A stretch of 64,000 nucleotides of DNA from a virus, in IMG/VR virus record IMGVR_UViG_3300030098_004824, positions 1-64,000 of that record. One strand, given 5' to 3'. Below the pieces are notes generated by a model. That model worked only from the letters and a program-made list of their open reading frames with translations. It had not been told where the DNA came from and ran no database searches. This document shows positions 58,735 to 64,000 of the stretch, one piece after another. Made by a program: the position numbers and the translations under genes. The stretch's first letter is position 1; each line of letters opens with the position of its first letter.

Positions 58735-60405
58735 ATGGCCAAATTATTTGGGTTCTCGATAGAGGACAATGAACCACTATCTCCAACGTCGGTCTCACCC
58801 GTACCTCCAAACAACGAGGACGGGTCTGATCACTATATGAGTAGTGGTTTTTTTGGTTCATATGTAGATATTGAGGGTGTTTTTAAAACTGAATTTGAAC
58901 TTATTAAAAGATATCGTGAGATGGCACTTCATCCAGAAGCGGATAGTGCTATTGAAGATATTGTAAATGAAGCAATTGTATCAGATACAAATGATAGTCC
59001 TGTTGAAATTGATTTAGATCATTTAAATGCGAGTGATGGTATTAAGAAAAAGGTAAGAGAAGAATTTAAATACATCAAAGACTTATTAGATTTTGATAAA
59101 AAGGCACATGAAATTTATAGGAATTGGTATATTGATGGCAGAATATATTATCATAAAATAATTGATGTAAAGAAACCGCAAGAAGGAATTCAAGAATTAC
59201 GTTATATTGACGCAATGAAAATGCGTTATGTTCGTCAAGCAAAAAAGAAAAAAGATGATAGATTAAATGCTGTTCAAAAATTTCAGAATGATAATCCAAT
59301 GGATTATGATTGGCCTGAAATAGAAGAGTACTTTATATACAATCCAAAGTCACAGTATCCAACTGGTGCCAGAGATGCAACTGGTGCAACTCAAGGAATT
59401 AAAATGACTAAGGATTCCATTGTGTATTGTACCAGTGGATTGGTAGATAGGAATAAAGGATGTACTCTTGGTTATCTTCATAAGGCAATTAAATCAATCA
59501 ACCAACTTAGGATGATTGAGGATAGTCTTGTAATATACAGATTATCTCGTGCTCCAGAACGTAGAATCTTCTACATAGATGTAGGTAATTTACCTAAAGT
59601 CAAGGCAGAGCAATATCTCAGAGATGTGATGATGCGATATCGGAACAAGCTTGTTTACGACGCTAACACAGGAGAGATCCGTGATGACAAGAAGTACATG
59701 GCAATGCTTGAAGATTTCTGGCTCCCTAGAAGGGAAGGAGGTCGTGGCACTGAAATTTCTACTCTTCCAGGAGGTCAAAACCTTGGTGAAATCACGGATA
59801 TTGAGTACTTCAAAAAGAAATTATATAGGTCGCTCAATGTACCCCCATCAAGAATGGATGGAGAAGGAGGATTCAATCTGGGAAGATCCTCAGAGATATT
59901 GAGAGATGAACTTAAGTTTACTAAGTTTGTTGCACGTTTGAGAAAGAGATTCTCAAATATGTTTAATGATATGCTTAAGACACAATTAATTCTGAAGAAT
60001 ATCATTACTCCAGAAGATTGGGAAGTAATGTCAGAGCATATACAATATGACTTCTTATACGACAATCACTTCTCCGAATTAAAAGAGTCAGAACTTTTAC
60101 AAGAAAGACTTAATAATGTTGCAGTAGCAGAACCCTATATTGGAAGATACTTCTCACAGGATTATGTAAGACGTAAGATTCTTCGTCAGACAGATGAGGA
60201 AATTATTGAACAGAATGAGATCATGGAGAAGGAAATTGCGGATGGTGTTGTACCAGATCCTTCTATTCCAACTGATCCAGAAACTGGAATTCCTTTAGAT
60301 CAAGTTGCTGATATGGGTCTTGGTGATCCTGCTATTGAACCTGATTTGGAATCTCAAGGAGCTGCGACAAAGGCACCTGAGATGCCCAAAGGTGGGGAAA
60401 TATAA
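58735..60405 (+). CDS. gp20: Portal vertex protein gp20
   Basis: RAPERRIFYIDVGNLPK, EDFWLPRREGGRGTEI. Confidence 0.96.
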   Translation: MAKLFGFSIEDNEPLSPTSVSPVPPNNEDGSDHYMSSGFFGSYVDIEGVFKTEFELIKRYREMALHPEADSAIEDIVNEAIVSDTNDSPVEIDLDHLNASDGIKKKVREEFKYIKDLLDFDKKAHEIYRNWYIDGRIYYHKIIDVKKPQEGIQELRYIDAMKMRYVRQAKKKKDDRLNAVQKFQNDNPMDYDWPEIEEYFIYNPKSQYPTGARDATGATQGIKMTKDSIVYCTSGLVDRNKGCTLGYLHKAIKSINQLRMIEDSLVIYRLSRAPERRIFYIDVGNLPKVKAEQYLRDVMMRYRNKLVYDANTGEIRDDKKYMAMLEDFWLPRREGGRGTEISTLPGGQNLGEITDIEYFKKKLYRSLNVPPSRMDGEGGFNLGRSSEILRDELKFTKFVARLRKRFSNMFNDMLKTQLILKNIITPEDWEVMSEHIQYDFLYDNHFSELKESELLQERLNNVAVAEPYIGRYFSQDYVRRKILRQTDEEIIEQNEIMEKEIADGVVPDPSIPTDPETGIPLDQVADMGLGDPAIEPDLESQGAATKAPEMPKGGEI

Positions 60406-60436
60406 ATAATAAACGATTACTTAGTGATAAATTACT

Positions 60437-60661
60437 ATGAAACCCAATATGGATGAAGTACAAGCTGAATTGATGGATATGATTACTAGGGACGAATCTC
60501 CTTCTCAAATTAGCGATAAGATCAAAGATATGCTGTTTGCAAAAACCGCAGAAAGAGTAGATGCATATAAACCAGATGCTGCTGCAAGTTTATTTGGTCA
60601 AAATGATAGCGAAGAAGAGTCTGAAGAAGAAGCAGTATCTGCTGAAGTTGGTGATGAGTAA
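60437..60661 (+). CDS. Small acidic prohead core-like protein (gp67-like position)
   Basis: Position after the portal gene; TATAAATA at 60401. Confidence 0.55.
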   Translation: MKPNMDEVQAELMDMITRDESPSQISDKIKDMLFAKTAERVDAYKPDAAASLFGQNDSEEESEEEAVSAEVGDE

Positions 60662-60698
60662 TTTTAATAAATAAGAATAACATGAACATTTCACGATA

Positions 60699-61253
60699 AT
60701 GGCACATAAACCTGTAGGGAATTGCGTGAGTATTGCGTGTACTCCTGTTAATAACAGAACAGATGCAATAGCACATCAAACTGATAGTTTAAGAGTTGTA
60801 GCAATTGGTACTTTTGCACACATTGCAATAAGCACTTTTCCGACTGCTACTCGTGCTGATTATATGGTGACTCCTGATAATCCAGCAACAATTGCATTAG
60901 GCAAACCTACATCGCAAAAGATTAGTGGTATTACTACTGGTGCTACTACAACTCTTGATATGCCAGAAGGTGTTGCATCACAGTTTTCTGTTGGAGATGC
61001 TGTTTCATTAACAGTTACTGGTCAATCAGATTATGATTTTACACATAAAATAGTAAAATCTATTGATAGTACTCCAGGTTTCTCAGGATATCATAGTGAA
61101 AGAATTGTAGTTGATAACAATTCTGCTACAGGTAATCCAGCAACATTAACTGGATATGCTGAGTTAAGAGGATCATTTAAAGTTGGAACAATAACCCATC
61201 TTGGAATTGGTTCAGTTTATGTACAGCAAGTTAACCCATCTTCCCCCGCATAA
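60699..61253 (+). CDS. Hypothetical late/structural protein
   Basis: AATAAATA at 60666. Confidence 0.65.
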   Translation: MAHKPVGNCVSIACTPVNNRTDAIAHQTDSLRVVAIGTFAHIAISTFPTATRADYMVTPDNPATIALGKPTSQKISGITTGATTTLDMPEGVASQFSVGDAVSLTVTGQSDYDFTHKIVKSIDSTPGFSGYHSERIVVDNNSATGNPATLTGYAELRGSFKVGTITHLGIGSVYVQQVNPSSPA

Positions 61254-61268
61254 TTACGGAGAATTCTA

Positions 61269-61919
61269 ATGAAACTTATTAGAGAAGAAATAGAATCAGT
61301 TGAATTTCTAGTCGAACAAAAGAACGGCAAGAAATCAATGTATATAGAGGGTGTGTTCTTACAGGGAAACATTAAAAACCGCAATGGTAGAATGTATCCA
61401 ATGGAGACCCTTCGTAGAGAAGTTGGTCGCTATAATGAAAACCACGTTTTAAGTGGTAGAGCACTTGGGGAACTTGGTCACCCTGATGGTCCAACTGTCA
61501 ACCTTGACCGAGTATCACATAAGATCGTTTCTTTAAAAGAGAATGGATCCAATTTCATTGGTAAGGCGAAAATCCTTGGTACACCAATGGGTAAAATTGC
61601 TGCTTCCCTTGTTGAGGAAGGAGTAAAACTAGGAGTATCTTCTCGTGGTGTTGGTTCTTTGAAGCAAACAAGAGAAGGTGTTAATATAGTCGGTGACGAC
61701 TTTATGTTGGCAACTGCTGCTGACATTGTTGCTGATCCTTCTGCTCCTGATGCTTTCGTTGAAGGTATTATGGAAGGAAAAGATTGGGTCTGGGATGGAG
61801 GAATTTTGCGTGAGAAGTTCGCAGAAAAAACTTACAAACAGATTAATACCCTAACAACACAAAAGAAATTAGATGAGCAAAAACTTGGCTTATTTAATGA
61901 TTTCTTATCAAACTTATAA
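61269..61919 (+). CDS. gp21: Prohead protease gp21
   Basis: NRNGRMYP, ALGELGHP, GVSSRG, DPSAPDA. Confidence 0.95.
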   Translation: MKLIREEIESVEFLVEQKNGKKSMYIEGVFLQGNIKNRNGRMYPMETLRREVGRYNENHVLSGRALGELGHPDGPTVNLDRVSHKIVSLKENGSNFIGKAKILGTPMGKIAASLVEEGVKLGVSSRGVGSLKQTREGVNIVGDDFMLATAADIVADPSAPDAFVEGIMEGKDWVWDGGILREKFAEKTYKQINTLTTQKKLDEQKLGLFNDFLSNL

Positions 61920-61968
61920 AACTTCTAAATAAATATAGATTTAGATAGCACAAATCGGAGAGTTTCAC

Positions 61969-63066
61969 ATGTCTCGTGGCAAACAATTACAAGAAATGGA
62001 TCCAGGCACAAAGCAATCCAAAACTGCAGTAAATGCAAATGCTAAGGCTGGAGAACCAATAGATACATCTGCTGGAAATTGGGAAGACCTTGGAGGTCCA
62101 ACCCCAGAAAATTATAAGGTGGATGACGATTCAGCAAAGCTGAAGACACCTGGTGGTAATTTAAAACAGGTAAGTGATGTAGTCACTAACCGCAAAGGTA
62201 AAACTGCTAAAGAAGACGTGGAACTTGAAGATCAAGAAATTGTAGCTGAAGAACCTGCTACAGACGAAGAAGTCGTTGCAGAAAACGAAGCACCTACTGA
62301 AGAAGTCGTTGCAGAAGAAGAAACCGTTGAAGAGTATGACATGGAAGAAGATGTCAATGCTCTACTTGGTGGAGAAGATCTTTCCGAAGATTTCAAAGCG
62401 AAAGCAAAAACAATTTTCGAAGCTGCTATTAACGCAAAAGTTGCTGAAGTCAAGGAAGCCCTTGAAGCAGAGCAACAAGAAAGAATTGCTGAAGAAGTAG
62501 AAGCAGCAAAAGAATCACTTGCAGAAAGAGTTGATTCTTATTTAGAATATGTTGCTGACGAATGGTTTGAAGAAAACCAAATTGCCGTTGAAAACGGTCT
62601 TAAGTCAGAGATGACAGAATCATTCCTTGAAGGAATGAAGAGTCTTTTTGAAGAACATTATGTACAAATCCCTGAAGATAAATACGATGTCCTTGAGAGT
62701 ATGGTAGAAAAACTTGATGACATGGAAACCAAGCTCAATGAGCAAATAGAAAAGAATATCGGACTAAACAGGAGACTCGCTGAGTCTGTTGCTGATGGTA
62801 TCCTTGAAACTGTTTCTGATGGATTAGCGTCCACACAGAAAGAGAAGCTCGCTTCACTTGCCGAAAGTGTAGAGTTTGAAAGTGAAGAATCTTATCGTGA
62901 CAAGTTGGAGACATTGAAGGAATCTTATTTCGCTTCAAAACCAAATTCTCCACAAGCTAAAACTGAGACCCTTTCCGAGGGTGTAGACAACTCAGAAGGT
63001 GTTGGTGATATTACCAACTCTATGAGTGCGTACCTCAGAACTTTGGGCAGTTTTAACAAAAACTGA
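61969..63066 (+). CDS. gp22: Prohead core scaffold gp22
   Basis: Acidic coiled coil, AKTIFEAA, VDSYLEYV. Confidence 0.9.
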   Translation: MSRGKQLQEMDPGTKQSKTAVNANAKAGEPIDTSAGNWEDLGGPTPENYKVDDDSAKLKTPGGNLKQVSDVVTNRKGKTAKEDVELEDQEIVAEEPATDEEVVAENEAPTEEVVAEEETVEEYDMEEDVNALLGGEDLSEDFKAKAKTIFEAAINAKVAEVKEALEAEQQERIAEEVEAAKESLAERVDSYLEYVADEWFEENQIAVENGLKSEMTESFLEGMKSLFEEHYVQIPEDKYDVLESMVEKLDDMETKLNEQIEKNIGLNRRLAESVADGILETVSDGLASTQKEKLASLAESVEFESEESYRDKLETLKESYFASKPNSPQAKTETLSEGVDNSEGVGDITNSMSAYLRTLGSFNKN

Positions 63067-63108
63067 TTTTAAAATTAATCAAACGTAAACTTATTAGGTA
63101 AACCTCAA

Positions 63109-64000
63109 ATGTTCCAATCAGAACAGTTGCAGGAAAAGTGGAAGCCTCTTCTAGAGTATGAGGGAGTCGATAAAATCGAAGATCCTCATCGTAGAGCCGT
63201 TACCGCAGTCCTGTTAGAAAATCAAGAAAAATTTTTAAGAGAGACATCTTCATTCCAAGAAAGTGGAATGTTGAACGAAACTCCAACCAATAGTACTGGA
63301 TCTGGTGCTAACGCTGGTTTCAGTGCTAGTGCAACAGCTACAGGTCCAACAGCTGGTTTCGACCCAGTTCTAATCTCATTGATTAGACGTTCAATGCCAA
63401 ACTTGGTCGCATATGACCTTGCTGGTGTTCAGCCAATGTCTGGTCCTACTGGACTAATCTTCGCAATGCGTTCTCGTTACACTTCTCAGAGTGGAACCGA
63501 ATCATTCTACAACGAAGCAGATACAGGATTCTCTGGACAGAACGAAGGATTTGACCTTACTCAAGGTTGGACTTCAGCTGCAGCTGGTATGGGTACTACT
63601 GCTCAGAAAGCACAGCAGAACCCATCTGTTCTAAACCCAACTTCATCTGCTACAGAAACTGACTACAACGTTGGTCAGGGTATGCGTACAGACAACGCTG
63701 AAGATTTAGGTACTTCTGGTGATAACTTCAACCAGATGGCATTCTCAATCGAGAAGGTCACAGTTACCGCCAAGTCTCGTGCGTTGAAAGCTGAGTACAG
63801 TTTAGAACTAGCTCAAGACCTCAAAGCAATCCACGGATTGAATGCAGAGGCAGAACTTGCTAACATCCTTTCTACTGAAATCCTTGCTGAAATCAACAGG
63901 GAAGTCATTAGAACTATCTACAAGGTTGCAGAGCAAGGTGCTGTTTCAAACACAGCTTCTGCTGGTGTATTTGACCTAGACATTGACTCCAATGGTAGAT
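63109..64000 (+). CDS. gp23: Major capsid protein gp23 (truncated by the window edge)
   Basis: MFQSEQLQEKWKPLL..., GVQPMSGPTGLIFAMR, AKSRALKAEYS. Confidence 0.95.
   Translation, partial: MFQSEQLQEKWKPLLEYEGVDKIEDPHRRAVTAVLLENQEKFLRETSSFQESGMLNETPTNSTGSGANAGFSASATATGPTAGFDPVLISLIRRSMPNLVAYDLAGVQPMSGPTGLIFAMRSRYTSQSGTESFYNEADTGFSGQNEGFDLTQGWTSAAAGMGTTAQKAQQNPSVLNPTSSATETDYNVGQGMRTDNAEDLGTSGDNFNQMAFSIEKVTVTAKSRALKAEYSLELAQDLKAIHGLNAEAELANILSTEILAEINREVIRTIYKVAEQGAVSNTASAGVFDLDIDSNGR

Overview
A 64-kb piece of a T4-like marine cyanomyovirus genome (AT-rich, most likely a Prochlorococcus/Synechococcus phage). 1-956: minus-strand 2OG-Fe(II) oxygenase and the start of a radical SAM gene. 1.1-16.9 kb: early/accessory region of many small co-oriented ORFs, including a nuclease-like/MTase pair, an SF2 helicase, a second MTase, a ligase-like protein and a candidate capsid-targeted internal protein. 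This region is punctuated by nine copies of a 29-bp non-sigma70 motif (GGGGGATCG-NN-TAAASYGTY-NNNN-TWNTG). Each copy sits at the end of the previous gene, and most are fused to an RNA stem-loop; the first leads into a ~440-nt highly structured non-coding element. 16.05-17.5 kb: mostly non-coding, with a cluster of cyanobacterial-type DnaA boxes, promoters with no downstream ORF and ten AGTATT-N8-AATACT dyads (candidate origin). 19.1-64 kb: virion morphogenesis module (gp25, 6, 7, 8, VrlC-like, 13-23). A translationally coupled ndhP-psaJ-ndhI-nfu cassette lies between gp17 and gp18; ndhP and psaJ are missing from the ORF track. All calls come from motif recognition by eye; no database searches or folding programs were run.
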